Numbered from the stretch's first letter, positions 30,692 to 43,493 are shown. The stretch: 64,000 nucleotides of DNA from Myxococcota bacterium (GCA_039794265.1 JBDIVR010000006.1:71573-135572), one strand, 5' to 3'. Program-made: numbers and translations. The notes: generated from the sequence alone by a model not told the origin.

Positions 30692-31597
30692 ATGACTGCG
30701 CTGGGACCGAACGGACCGCTCGGGCGACTGGGGGTCTGGACGTGGGTCGATGCACTGGCGGCGCCGCAGGCGGCGGCCTTCGCGCGCGATGTCGAACGCT
30801 GGGGCTACTCGGCGCTGTGGCTGCCGGAGGCGGTCGGCCGCGATCCGTTCGTCACGATCGCGCATCTGGCGGCCCACACCGAGCGGCTGGTCTTCGCGAC
30901 CGGGATCGCCAACCTCTACGCGCGCGACGCGATGACGATGAACGCGCTCGCGAAGACGACCGGCGAGCTGACCGGCGGGCGCTTCGTGCTCGGGATCGGC
31001 GTCTCGCACGCGCACCTCGTGACGAGCGTACGCGGCCACGAGTACGGAAAGCCCATCGCGACGATGCGAGCGTATCTCGACGCAATGGACAAGGCGCTCT
31101 ATCGCGCGGTCCTGCCGGCAGCGCCGGTGCCGATCCTGCTGGCCGCGCTGCGCCCGAAGATGCTGGCGCTGGCGGCGGAGCGCGCGCAGGGCGCCCATCC
31201 CTACTTCGTGCCGCCGGAGCACACGGCCCGTGCGCGCGAGATCCTCGGTCCCGAGCGAATCCTCGCGCCCGAGCAGAAGGTGCTGCTGTGCACCGATCCG
31301 GCGAAGGCGCGCGCCGTCGCGCGCGCGAACATGAAGATCTACGCCGGGCTTCCGAACTACCAGAACAACCTGAAGTGGCTCGGCTACACGGATGCGGACT
31401 TCGCCGGCGACTGCAGCGACCGGCTCGTCGACGCGATCGTCGCGTGGGGCGACGAGGACGCCATCCGCCGCCGCATCCAGGAGCACTTCGACGCCGGCGC
31501 GAGCCACGTCTGCATCCAGCCGCTGCACCCGGACGGCAAGCCGGTTCCGCACCGCGAGGTGCTGGAGCTGCTGGCGCCGGCAAGCGGCCGCTCGTAG
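30692..31597 (+). CDS. Luciferase-like (LLM class) oxidoreductase, probably F420-dependent subgroup
   Basis: ATG at 30692 with GAGGAGGG upstream. GYSALWLPEAVGRDPF, FVLGIGVSH and the overall 301-aa TIM-barrel pattern match LLM enzymes. Cofactor is not determinable from sequence by eye. Confidence 0.8.
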   Translation: MTALGPNGPLGRLGVWTWVDALAAPQAAAFARDVERWGYSALWLPEAVGRDPFVTIAHLAAHTERLVFATGIANLYARDAMTMNALAKTTGELTGGRFVLGIGVSHAHLVTSVRGHEYGKPIATMRAYLDAMDKALYRAVLPAAPVPILLAALRPKMLALAAERAQGAHPYFVPPEHTARAREILGPERILAPEQKVLLCTDPAKARAVARANMKIYAGLPNYQNNLKWLGYTDADFAGDCSDRLVDAIVAWGDEDAIRRRIQEHFDAGASHVCIQPLHPDGKPVPHREVLELLAPASGRS

Positions 31598-31604
31598 CGC
31601 CACC

Positions 31605-33233
31605 GTGACGACGCGGCGGCGCAAGTTCTGGGGCTGGGGCTACGAGGACGGCGGACCGACGCCCGAACAGGAACAGGGCATCGCGAAGACGCTCGCGCAG
31701 CGCTTCGGCGCGCCGCTCGAGCTGACGCCGCCACCTCGGGCCGACGAGATCGATCTGCGCGCGCCGCGCATCGCGGTTCCGGGCGCGCTCGGCCCGGTCG
31801 TGTCGCACGATCCCGCAGACCGGCTCGCGCACACCTACGGCAAGAGCTACCGCGACATCGTCCGCGCGCTGCGGCGGCGCTTCGATCCGGCCCCGGATCT
31901 GGTGGCGTTCCCGCACGACGAGGGCGATATCGCCGCGCTGCTCGACTGGGCCAGCAGCGCGCGCGTTGCGGTAATCCCGTACGGTGGCGGCTCGTCGGTC
32001 GTCGGCGGCGTCGAGCCGGACGTCGGCGACGGCTACGCCGGAACGTTGTCGCTGGATCTGCGGCAGCTGGATCGCGTCGTCGAGATCGACCGCGCCTCGC
32101 GCGCCGCGCGGATCCAGGCCGGCGTGTACGGGCCGGCGCTCGAGGACCAGCTGCGCCCGCACGGGCTGACGCTGCGTCACTACCCGCAGTCATTCGAGTT
32201 CTCGACGCTCGGCGGCTGGGTCGCCACGCGCTCGGGCGGACACTACGCGACGCTCTACACACACATCGAGGAGTTCGTGGAATCCGTGCGCGTGGTGACG
32301 CCGAGCGGCGTCATCGAGAGTCGGCGGCTGCCCGGCTCGGGGGCCGGGCCCGATCCGAACCGGCTCTTCGCCGGCTCCGAAGGCGCGCTCGGCATCATCA
32401 CCGAGGCCTGGATGCGGCTGCAGGACCGGCCGCGCTTCCGCGCCTCGGCAGCGGTCCGGTTCCCGGGCGCCGACGGCTTCGCGCGCGGCGCCGGCGCGGT
32501 GCGTGCGCTCTCGCAATCGGGGTTGTTCCCGAGCAACTGCCGGCTGCTCGACGCCCAGGAAGCCGCGACGTCCGGCGCCGGCGCCGGCGACGTCGCGATC
32601 CTGCTGATCGGCTTCGAGTCCGCGGATCATCCGCTGGACGCCTGGATCGCACGCGCCGTCGAGCTCGCGCGCGACGCCGGCGGCGAGCTGCCCGATGGCG
32701 AGCCGCGGCTCTCGACGGGCGGCAGCGAGGGCGCGCGCACCGGCGCCGCCGGCGCGTGGCGCAGCGCGTTCCTGAATGCGCCGTATCTGCGCGACCTGCT
32801 GGCGCGTGCGTCCGTGGTGTCGGAAACCTTCGAGACCGCCATCCCGTGGGATCGCTTCGCCGGCTTCGACGCGGGTGTGCGCGAGGCAGTCGGCGAGGCG
32901 CTGCGAACCATCTGCGGCGCCGGGACGCTGTCGTGTCGCTTCACGCACGTCTACCCGGATGGCCCGGCGCCGTACTACACCGTGCTCGCGCCGGGCCGCC
33001 GCGGCAGCGAGCTCGAGCAGTGGGATGCCATCAAGGCGGCCGCCGGCGACGCCATCGAGAAGCTCGGCGGCACGATCACGCACCACCATGCGGTCGGTCG
33101 CGATCACCGCCCGTGGTACGATCGCGAGCGTCCGGACGGCTTCGCGCGCGCGCTCGCCGCCGCCAAGCGCGCGCTCGACCCGGCGGGCGTGCTGAACCCC
33201 GGCGTGCTGCTGCCCCCGCAGCCGGGCCGGTAG
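31605..33233 (+). CDS. FAD-linked oxidase, alkyl-dihydroxyacetonephosphate synthase-like
   Basis: GTG at 31605. The N-terminal RRRKFWGWGYED resembles the ADPS WNGWGY motif. The FAD-binding PCMH domain shows VIPYGGGSSVVGG and SEGALGIITEAW. The C-terminus is GGTITHHHAVGRDHRPWY. Confidence 0.75.
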   Translation: MTTRRRKFWGWGYEDGGPTPEQEQGIAKTLAQRFGAPLELTPPPRADEIDLRAPRIAVPGALGPVVSHDPADRLAHTYGKSYRDIVRALRRRFDPAPDLVAFPHDEGDIAALLDWASSARVAVIPYGGGSSVVGGVEPDVGDGYAGTLSLDLRQLDRVVEIDRASRAARIQAGVYGPALEDQLRPHGLTLRHYPQSFEFSTLGGWVATRSGGHYATLYTHIEEFVESVRVVTPSGVIESRRLPGSGAGPDPNRLFAGSEGALGIITEAWMRLQDRPRFRASAAVRFPGADGFARGAGAVRALSQSGLFPSNCRLLDAQEAATSGAGAGDVAILLIGFESADHPLDAWIARAVELARDAGGELPDGEPRLSTGGSEGARTGAAGAWRSAFLNAPYLRDLLARASVVSETFETAIPWDRFAGFDAGVREAVGEALRTICGAGTLSCRFTHVYPDGPAPYYTVLAPGRRGSELEQWDAIKAAAGDAIEKLGGTITHHHAVGRDHRPWYDRERPDGFARALAAAKRALDPAGVLNPGVLLPPQPGR

Positions 33234-33290
33234 CCGCCACTCCATCCGCGCGCGGGAGCACGCGGTGCCCGCCCGCTAAGATCCGGCGCC

Positions 33291-34526
33291 ATGGCACGCA
33301 TCAACGAGCACTACCGCAAGCTGGCTGCCGGCTACCTGTTCCCCGAGATCGGCCGCCGCGTCGCGGCGTTCGCCGCCGCGCACCCGGACGCGCAGATCAT
33401 CCGGCTCGGCATCGGCGACGTGACGCTGCCGCTGGTGCCGGCCGTCGTCGACGCGCTGCGCCGGGCGAGCGAGGAGATGGGGACAGCGGGCAGCGTCCAC
33501 GGCTACGGGCCGGACCAGGGCTACGACTTCCTGCTCGATGCGATCCGCGACGGCGACTATACCCCCCGTGGTGTCGCCATCGAGCGAGACGAACTCTTCG
33601 TCTCGGACGGCTCGAAGCAGGACAGCGCGAACATCCAGGAACTCTTCGGCGTGGACCAGCGGATCCTCGTGACGGATCCCGTCTATCCCGTCTACGTCGA
33701 CAGCAACGTGATGGCAGGCCGCACCGGCCGGATCGACGAACGCGGCTACTACGCGGGCATCCTGTACGTCGCCGCCACCGAGGCCAACGGCTTCGTCCCG
33801 GATCCGCCTGCAGAGCGCGCCGACCTCGCGTATCTGTGCTCGCCGAACAACCCCACCGGTGCCGTCGCGACGCGCGAGCAGCTCTCCCGCTGGGTCGCCT
33901 GGGCGCGCGCGAACGATGCCGTGCTGATCTTCGACGCCGCCTACGACGCGTACATCCAGGATCCCGAGCTGCCGCGCTCGATCTACGAAATCGACGGTGC
34001 CCGTGCCTGCGCGATCGAGATGCGCAGCTACAGCAAGCGGGCCGGCTTCACGGGGCTGCGCTGCGCGTACACCGTGGTGCCGCGCGAGCTCACCGGCGCC
34101 ACCGCGGGCGGGGAACGGGTGGCGCTGCGCGAGCTGTGGGCGCGGCGCATGAGCACCAAGTTCAATGGCGTGCCGTACCCGGTTCAGCGCGCTGCGCAGG
34201 CCGTGCACAGACCCGAGGGTCGCCAGCAGACGGCGGACCAGGTGGCGTACTACATGGAGAACGCCCGCCGCTTGCGCGAGGGGCTCGGCGCGGCGGGCTT
34301 CCGCGTGTTCGGCGGAGAGCATGCACCCTACATCTGGATGCGTACGCCGGCCGGCATGACCTCGTGGGGTTTCTTCGACGCCTTGCTCGCCGAGGCGCAT
34401 GTGGTCGGCACGCCCGGTTCTGGCTTCGGCCCGTCCGGCGAGGGCTACCTGCGGCTCTCCGCGTTCAACGACCGCGCCCGCGTGGACGAGGCGATCGAGC
34501 GGATCCGCAAAGCGTTCGGCGCCTGA
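33291..34526 (+). CDS. dapL: LL-diaminopimelate aminotransferase
   Basis: [43 protein letters not shown] and [18 protein letters not shown] (PLP lysine) match the DapL pattern. Confidence 0.9.
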   Translation: MARINEHYRKLAAGYLFPEIGRRVAAFAAAHPDAQIIRLGIGDVTLPLVPAVVDALRRASEEMGTAGSVHGYGPDQGYDFLLDAIRDGDYTPRGVAIERDELFVSDGSKQDSANIQELFGVDQRILVTDPVYPVYVDSNVMAGRTGRIDERGYYAGILYVAATEANGFVPDPPAERADLAYLCSPNNPTGAVATREQLSRWVAWARANDAVLIFDAAYDAYIQDPELPRSIYEIDGARACAIEMRSYSKRAGFTGLRCAYTVVPRELTGATAGGERVALRELWARRMSTKFNGVPYPVQRAAQAVHRPEGRQQTADQVAYYMENARRLREGLGAAGFRVFGGEHAPYIWMRTPAGMTSWGFFDALLAEAHVVGTPGSGFGPSGEGYLRLSAFNDRARVDEAIERIRKAFGA

Positions 34527-34691
34527 TCCGCGGGCTCCTGCGGCTCGCCGTTGCACGTCCGCTGCCCACGCGTGCGGGTCGCGCGGCGCGGGGGAACGCA
34601 TCGCCCATGTCACTCCGAGCGGAACTCCGGCACCTATCACGAGGGACCGGAATGCGTCCCGGGGTCACCCGGAGACGCGCGGAGGCCTGCC

Positions 34692-35186
34692 ATGGTGGGT
34701 GTGAACTCTCGAAGCGAGACGCGTGCGGGCGTACTTTCGCGCCAACGTGCCATCGAGATTGCGAGCGGCGCGGCGAGCCTGCTGCTCCTGTTCAGCTGGC
34801 CGCTCGCAGCAGCCGCACAGCAGAGCGGCGAATCCTGGGACGACCGGCACATGCAGAGCAACTCGGAGCGACGCTTCGACCCGAGCCCGCCGCGGCCGCC
34901 GATCCAGGGCAGCACCCGCTTCGAGCAGAGCGCCGCGGGTGTCACCGAGGCTCCCCCCACCACGGTCCCGGAGACGACGCTCGCGATCAGCCCCCACGAG
35001 TGGGCGCCGGGCGGAGCCGCCACCGGCGTGTCGCGCAGCGCACCTTCGAGTCCCAGCTCGATCTCCGGCGGTATCCGCGGGGGACCGGCCGCAACGGTCC
35101 GGAGCGGGATCTCGCGTTCGAGCTCCGGACGCTCGTCGTCGCTGCGCTCGACGTCCTCGGGCAGCGAGCGCAACCGGCGCCGCTGA
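34692..35186 (+). CDS. Hypothetical secreted protein with Ser-rich tail
   Basis: The ATG at 34692 has GGAGG 6 nt upstream. It has a signal-like IASGAASLLLLFSWPLAAAAQQ. A minus-strand ORF (34637..35173) shares third-codon positions and cannot be excluded on GC3, but it has a TTG start and no RBS. Confidence 0.45.
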   Translation: MVGVNSRSETRAGVLSRQRAIEIASGAASLLLLFSWPLAAAAQQSGESWDDRHMQSNSERRFDPSPPRPPIQGSTRFEQSAAGVTEAPPTTVPETTLAISPHEWAPGGAATGVSRSAPSSPSSISGGIRGGPAATVRSGISRSSSGRSSSLRSTSSGSERNRRR

Positions 35187-35228
35187 CCGCCGCCGCGCAG
35201 ACGGGGACAAAGGGGACGCGGGAGAAAG

Positions 35229-35327
35229 GGGGACGTTCCTTCCGAGGTTTCATTACGCCGACCGTGAGGCTTGTTGGAATCCGTTCACCCCCGGTCGGCG
35301 TAATGAAACCTCGGAAGGAACGTCCCC
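35229..35327. repeat. Spaced perfect inverted repeat (36-bp arms, 27-nt spacer), second palindromic element type
   Basis: ggggacgttccttccgaggtttcattacgccgaccg at 35229..35264 is the exact reverse complement of 35292..35327. It is intergenic, between the hypothetical gene and the methyltransferase 3' end. It is preceded by the tandem motifs gacaaaggggacg and gagaaagggggacg. Confidence 0.9.
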
Positions 35328-35344
35328 ATCCGCCGCGTCCGCGC

Positions 35345-36016
35345 TTACTCGCGCGTCGCCACGCCCCGGTACATGGTCGCGAGGACCGAGGGTCCGGGCG
35401 CTCGGAAGCGGTCCATCGACGCGAGTTGGAAGCCGCCCTGCTCGACCAGCGCGTCGATGGATCGGTTCATGTTGCAGCCGCCCGTCACGCGTCGCCAAAG
35501 CGGGTTCAGTCGGTCCTGCCAGCGCGTGGTGCTCGGCCGATCACTGCGGCCGTGCTCGATGAACAGGTAGCGGCCGCCCGGCGCGAGCACACGCCGCATC
35601 TCGCGCAGCGCCGCGAGAGGGTCCGGGATCGAGCACAACGTCCACGTCGTCAGCACGCAGTCGAAGCGCCCGGCGTCGAACGGCAGCTGGCCGTCGGCGC
35701 GCAGCACGGTGCGGCGGACCGGAAAGCGGGCCTCGGCGATCCTCTGCTCGACGACCTCGAGGCCGTCCGTCGCCATCGGATCTAGGCCGGTGACGGAGTG
35801 CACGGCCTCGCCGTAGTGCCGGAGATTCCGCGCGGTGCCGAAGCCGACCTCGAGCACCTCGCCGGCGGCCTGCGAGATCGTCTCCGGGCGCAGGTCGTCG
35901 ACGGAACGCATCATCCAGTCCAGCAGCCGCGGAGCGATCCATTCCCGTAGGCTCACGCGTGCCCCCTTGGTGGACGACGGCTCCGAGTCGTTCGCAGCGT
36001 CGGGCGCCGGGAGCAT
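35345..36016 (-). CDS. Class I SAM-dependent methyltransferase
   Basis: VLEVGFGTARNL (motif I), FDCVLTTWTLCSIPD and LAPGGRYLFIEH are typical of the Methyltransf_11/25 type. Confidence 0.85.
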   Translation of the reverse strand: MLPAPDAANDSEPSSTKGARVSLREWIAPRLLDWMMRSVDDLRPETISQAAGEVLEVGFGTARNLRHYGEAVHSVTGLDPMATDGLEVVEQRIAEARFPVRRTVLRADGQLPFDAGRFDCVLTTWTLCSIPDPLAALREMRRVLAPGGRYLFIEHGRSDRPSTTRWQDRLNPLWRRVTGGCNMNRSIDALVEQGGFQLASMDRFRAPGPSVLATMYRGVATRE

Positions 36017-36067
36017 ACCGGTCAGCGCGCTCCGGCACGCGCAGATCCGGAGAGCACGATCCCCGGA

Positions 36068-36925
36068 TCAGGGCGCCGGCGGAGGGCAGGCCTGGACGCA
36101 GAGCGGAAACTCGGCGCGGCAGGCTGCAAAGCTCGGGCGAGCCGCTTCTCGTGCCGTATCCCGACACTGGAAATTGGCTAGCTGCGCCGCGTCCACGCAC
36201 GCGTCGCGTTCCGGCGAATCGTCAGCGGTCGTGGCTCTGCACCCCGCGACGGCCTCGTCTCGCGCCGAACGACATGCATCGATCGCGGCCGCGAGCGTCG
36301 CGTCGACAGGCGCGCGGCACGCATCCCGATCGTCGCGACACTGCTCGACGCAGGCATGGTCGAGGCTTCGGCAGGCATCGACCGCGAGTCGCTTCTCGGC
36401 CTGACAGGCCTCGCGGGCGGCTGCGAACTCGAGCCTCGCCTCGCCCCGACACTGGCGTGCGACGCCCGGAACCGGAGCCGGGCCACAGGCTCGCGCGCAC
36501 GCAAGGAAGTCGCTGCGACACGCGCGCAACTCGCCTCGGTTGGCCTCGCGCGCATCATCCCGGCAGACGAAAGCGGCGAGCTGTGCCACGTCGATGCAGG
36601 TGTCGCGCTCGACGCTGCCGTCCGGCGTCGAGTTGCGGCATGCCTCGACGGCGGCAGCGCGTCCGTCCCGACAACTCGCGAGGTCGGCGGCGATCTGGCT
36701 GGTCTCGACGCAGTCCTCGCGATCCGCGCGGCAGACCTCGACGCACGCGTGATCGCGCTGGACGCAGCCGTCTCTCGCAACCTGGCTCGCTTCACGGGCG
36801 AGGCCCCGGCATTCCCTGGCCTCAGCCGTGGCGGAATCGACGCAGCTCCTGACGTCGGCGCGGGCGACGCCGGAGGCGAAGAAGGATGCAGAAGCGAGAA
36901 CCAGGGCGGAAAGCACGATGCGCAT
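36068..36925 (-). CDS. Secreted cysteine-rich protein with an internal tandem duplication (2 x about 125 aa, 13 Cys each)
   Basis: ATG at 36925 (MRIVLSALVLASASFFASGVARA signal peptide). 26 Cys sit in an Ala/Arg/Asp/Glu-rich, helix-like background. The two halves align, for example HACVEVCRADREDCV with HACVEQCRDDRDACR, and RDTCIDVAQLAAFVCRDDAREA with RDACVDAAQLANFQCRDTAREA. No family recognised. Confidence 0.7.
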   Translation of the reverse strand: MRIVLSALVLASASFFASGVARADVRSCVDSATAEARECRGLAREASQVARDGCVQRDHACVEVCRADREDCVETSQIAADLASCRDGRAAAVEACRNSTPDGSVERDTCIDVAQLAAFVCRDDAREANRGELRACRSDFLACARACGPAPVPGVARQCRGEARLEFAAAREACQAEKRLAVDACRSLDHACVEQCRDDRDACRAPVDATLAAAIDACRSARDEAVAGCRATTADDSPERDACVDAAQLANFQCRDTAREAARPSFAACRAEFPLCVQACPPPAP

Positions 36926-37176
36926 CGCGAGAGACCTCCATCGAGTCCGCCTCCGGTTGTACACGGCGGCGGTGCGAAGTGTCAAATCGAGCTCTTGTGT
37001 TGGGACGATGCGGCCGGCCGCGGGGCGCGGCCGGCCCTCGGCCGCACGAAACCCGCCTTGCCTCCGTCTGAGGCGTTCCACGTGGGTAGCACTCTCAGCG
37101 GGCTTCCCGCCGCGTCATCCAGCGTTGCGCCTACGGCCGACGTGACGAGGAGGACATCCGCCTCCCCCCTCCGCCG

Positions 37177-38850
<1,674 letters not shown>

Positions 38851-38911
38851 GCAGAAAATCCTCTCGGCGCCCTTGGCGGAAACGGGCTTCGTAGTCTAAC
38901 AAGGCAGGACG

Positions 38912-40498
38912 ATGTCCTCGACCCGCTCGTCCGTCGCTTCGCCCGTTGCCGCTCCGGCGCGCCGCGGGTGGCTCGCGGGAGCCGTGCTCCTGCCGTGGCT
39001 CGCGCTCCTGCTGCTGCTCCCGAACTGCAAGCCGAGGCCGAGCGGGGACGTGCTGGTGGTCGTCAACGGCAACAGCCCCCTCTCCGTGGCGACCGGCCAG
39101 TACTACGCCGCGCGCCGGAACGTGCCGGCGGCGAATCTCGTGACGCTCGACAACACGACGACGGATCCGGCGCTCGGCACCAGTGATCACGAGACGGTGT
39201 CACTCGCGCGCTTCGACAGCCAGATCCGCATCCCGCTCGAGACCCACCTCGTCGCCAACGATCTCGTCGACCGGATCCGCATCCTCGTGCTCGCACCGGG
39301 CGTCCCGCACCGCGTGGCGCCGGCGAGCTGCCCGCTCGACTCCGCCTATCTGCGCGATTGCCCGCGCGCCTCCGTGGACGCGGAGCTCGCGGTGCTGTTC
39401 TCGGACCTGGTCGGCGCCGGCGGGCTCGGTGCGAACGGCGAAGCCGCGAACCCGTACTACGACTCGGACCTGCCGTTCGCGGATTGGCGCGCCGCCCATC
39501 CCGAGGCCCCGCTGCGCTACCTGGTGGCGCGTCTCGCCGGCTACCAGACGGCGGTCGATCCGGAGACCGGCGTGCCGGCCGACGTGCAGGCGCTGATCGA
39601 CCGCGCGCACGAGCACGTGCTCGGCGGCCAGGCGCTGCTCGACGAGGATCCGAGCCGCGGCCTCGGGCTGCAGCCGGGCAACCTGCTGATGCTGCGACCG
39701 GCCGCCGCGGCGCTCGGCGCGCTCGGGATGCTGGTGCGCCACGACGTGCAGAACCTGTTCGTGTCCGACGCGCCGAACCTGGTCGCCTACGGCTCCTGGG
39801 GCAGCAACGACGGCAACGATGCCGGTCCGCCCTACTACGGCCTGATCGACGGCAAGCTCTACCCCGGCCACTTCCTGCCGCAGTCGGTCGCCGTCGACAT
39901 CGTCAGCACCAACGCGCGCAGCTTCGTCGAGCCGACGACGTACGGACAGTCGCTGGTGGCGGACCTCGTCCGGCTCGGCGCGACGGGCGTCGCCGGCAAC
40001 GTCTTCGAGCCGCTGCTGTCGGGCACCGCGCGGATGGACGTGTTGTTCCGCCACTACTTCGTCGGCGTGCCGGCGATCGAGGCCTACTACCGCAGCGTCC
40101 CGTACCTCGGCTGGATGAACGTGTGGGTCGGCGATCCGCTGATGCGCTTCGGCCTGCCCCGCGTGGCGGGTGACGACCGCGACGGCGACGGCATCCCGGA
40201 TGCCTTCGACAACTGCGTCCACGTCCCGAATCCCGACCAGCGCGACACGGATGGCGACGGCTTCGGCAACCTCTGCGACGCCGACGTCGACGACGACGGG
40301 CGCGTGACGACCTCGTGGGGCGTCGTCTTCCCGCCCGCGCAGCGCGGGGATCTGGAGCAGATCCAGCTCACCATCGGCGCCGGTGCGTACGACCCGAACC
40401 ACGATCTCGACGGGGACGGCGTCGTCGACGAACGCGATGCGTCGCTCGCGTCACTGCTGCTCTACCGGCCGCCGGGACCGAGCGGCCTCGTGCGCTGA
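38912..40498 (+). CDS. TIGR03790-like secreted or lipoprotein with C-terminal thrombospondin type-3 (Ca-binding) repeats
   Basis: Signal/lipobox-like [42 protein letters not shown] resembles the TIGR03790 N-terminus as I recall it. The C-terminus [43 protein letters not shown] fits TSP3-type repeats. Confidence 0.6.
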   Translation: MSSTRSSVASPVAAPARRGWLAGAVLLPWLALLLLLPNCKPRPSGDVLVVVNGNSPLSVATGQYYAARRNVPAANLVTLDNTTTDPALGTSDHETVSLARFDSQIRIPLETHLVANDLVDRIRILVLAPGVPHRVAPASCPLDSAYLRDCPRASVDAELAVLFSDLVGAGGLGANGEAANPYYDSDLPFADWRAAHPEAPLRYLVARLAGYQTAVDPETGVPADVQALIDRAHEHVLGGQALLDEDPSRGLGLQPGNLLMLRPAAAALGALGMLVRHDVQNLFVSDAPNLVAYGSWGSNDGNDAGPPYYGLIDGKLYPGHFLPQSVAVDIVSTNARSFVEPTTYGQSLVADLVRLGATGVAGNVFEPLLSGTARMDVLFRHYFVGVPAIEAYYRSVPYLGWMNVWVGDPLMRFGLPRVAGDDRDGDGIPDAFDNCVHVPNPDQRDTDGDGFGNLCDADVDDDGRVTTSWGVVFPPAQRGDLEQIQLTIGAGAYDPNHDLDGDGVVDERDASLASLLLYRPPGPSGLVR

Positions 40499-41369
40499 TC
40501 CGCCGCGTCGAAGAGCCGGATCAGGCTGGAGGTGTCGTCGCGGCCGGCGCCGCGCGCCTGCAGCTCCGCGTAGCGCTGATCCACTAGCGCCGTCACCGGG
40601 AGCCGCGCGCCGTTGCGGCGCGCTTCGGCGAGCGCGATGCCGAGATCCTTGCGCATCCAATCGACGGCGAAGCCGAAGTCGAAGCGCCGTTCGATCATCG
40701 CCGGCGTGCGCTGGCGCATCTGCCACGAACCGGCAGCGCCCTCGGCCAGCAGCGGGAACACCGCCGCCGGGTCGAGCCCGGCGCGTTCGGCGAAGTGCAG
40801 GCCCTCGGCCAGCGCTTCGAGCAGCCCGGCGATGCAGATCTGGTTCACCATCTTCGCGAGCTGCCCGGCGCCCGAAGGACCGAGCCGGACGCTCGTCTTC
40901 GCGTAGTGGCCGACCAGCGGCTCGATCCGGGCGAAGGCGCCCGCGTCGCCGCCGGCCATCACCGTGAGCTGCCCGCGCCGGGCCCCTTCCTCGCCGCCCG
41001 AGACCGGCGCGTCGATCCACGCGATGCCGCGCCCGGCGGCGACCGCCGCGAGCTCGCGCGTCGCCTCGGCAGACACCGTCGTGTGATCGACGAAGACGGT
41101 TCCAGGCGCCATGCCGGCGAGCGCGCCGCCGGGGCCCGTTGCGATCGCGCGCAGCGCGGCATCGTCGCCGGTGCAGGCGAAGACCACCGCCGCGCCATGT
41201 GCGGCGTCGGCAGGCGTCGCGGCTACGCGCCCGCCGTGCGCGGCCGCGAAGGCATGCGCCGTCTCGGCGTGGCGGTTCCACACGCTCAGCGCGTGGCCCG
41301 CCCGCGCCAGATGCCCCGCCATCGGCGCGCCCATCGCGCCTAGACACAGGAATGCGACGCGCTCGGCCG

Positions 41370-41373
<4 letters not shown>
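40462..41373 (-). CDS. NAD(P)-dependent 3-hydroxyisobutyrate dehydrogenase-family oxidoreductase
   Basis: The GTG at 41373 overlaps the upstream stop (GTGA). [17 protein letters not shown] is the Rossmann motif. DAPVSGG and [11 protein letters not shown] match the HIBADH/6PGDH-like family. Confidence 0.88.
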
Positions 41374-43154
<1,781 letters not shown>

Positions 43155-43366
43155 GATGCTGCCGAGGATACCGCGCGGGCCGCCCCGCTCGGGATCTGTA
43201 GCGGGGCCAGGCCTCGTCGATGCCGTCCTGCACATGAGCCGACCGGGGCTGCGCATCGCGAAGTCGCTCGCGATCCTGGCGGAAATCCTGCGCGCGGACG
43301 CACCCGGACTCGCCATCGGTTGGCGCGGGCGGGGCTGACGGGAACTCGGGACCTGACCAAGATTCC

Positions 43367-43444
43367 GTCAAGAAAGGGGCCGGGTTCGTCTGTCAACTTT
43401 TCCGTCCGGAAAAGTTGACAGACGAACCCGGCCCCTTTCTTGAC
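43367..43444. repeat. Perfect 78-bp palindrome, copy 3 of the recurrent element, with mirrored substitutions
   Basis: gtcaagaaaggggccgggttcgtCTgtcaacttttccg / tc / cggaaaagttgacAGacgaacccggcccctttcttgac. TC>CT in the left arm is matched by GA>AG in the right arm relative to copies 1 and 2. It is followed by an extra terminal 15-mer, ggcccttttcttgac, at 43445..43459. Confidence 0.95.
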
Positions 43445-43493
43445 GGCCCTTTTCTTGACGAGACGGACTGGGTCGTGGTACAAGCCGGTCGTG

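Noticed and set aside
34637-35173. 178-aa minus-strand ORF antisense to the hypothetical secreted protein
   Set aside because: It shares third-codon positions with the plus-strand frame, so GC3 cannot discriminate between them. It has a TTG start, no RBS and no signal or motif. The plus-strand ORF has GGAGG spacing and a signal peptide. This call is not fully excluded.
32756-35785. 1009-aa plus-strand ORF spanning four real genes
   Set aside because: It is a continuous open frame only because stop codons are rare at this GC content. Its translation is Arg/Pro/Gly junk, and it crosses genes on both strands.
37011-37035. 11-bp GC-only hairpin (ggccggccgcg ggg cgcggccggcc) between ettA and the Cys-rich gene
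   Set aside because: It could be a terminator, but it lies about 140 nt past the ettA stop and has no U-tract on either strand. Such GC hairpins arise easily by chance in this composition.
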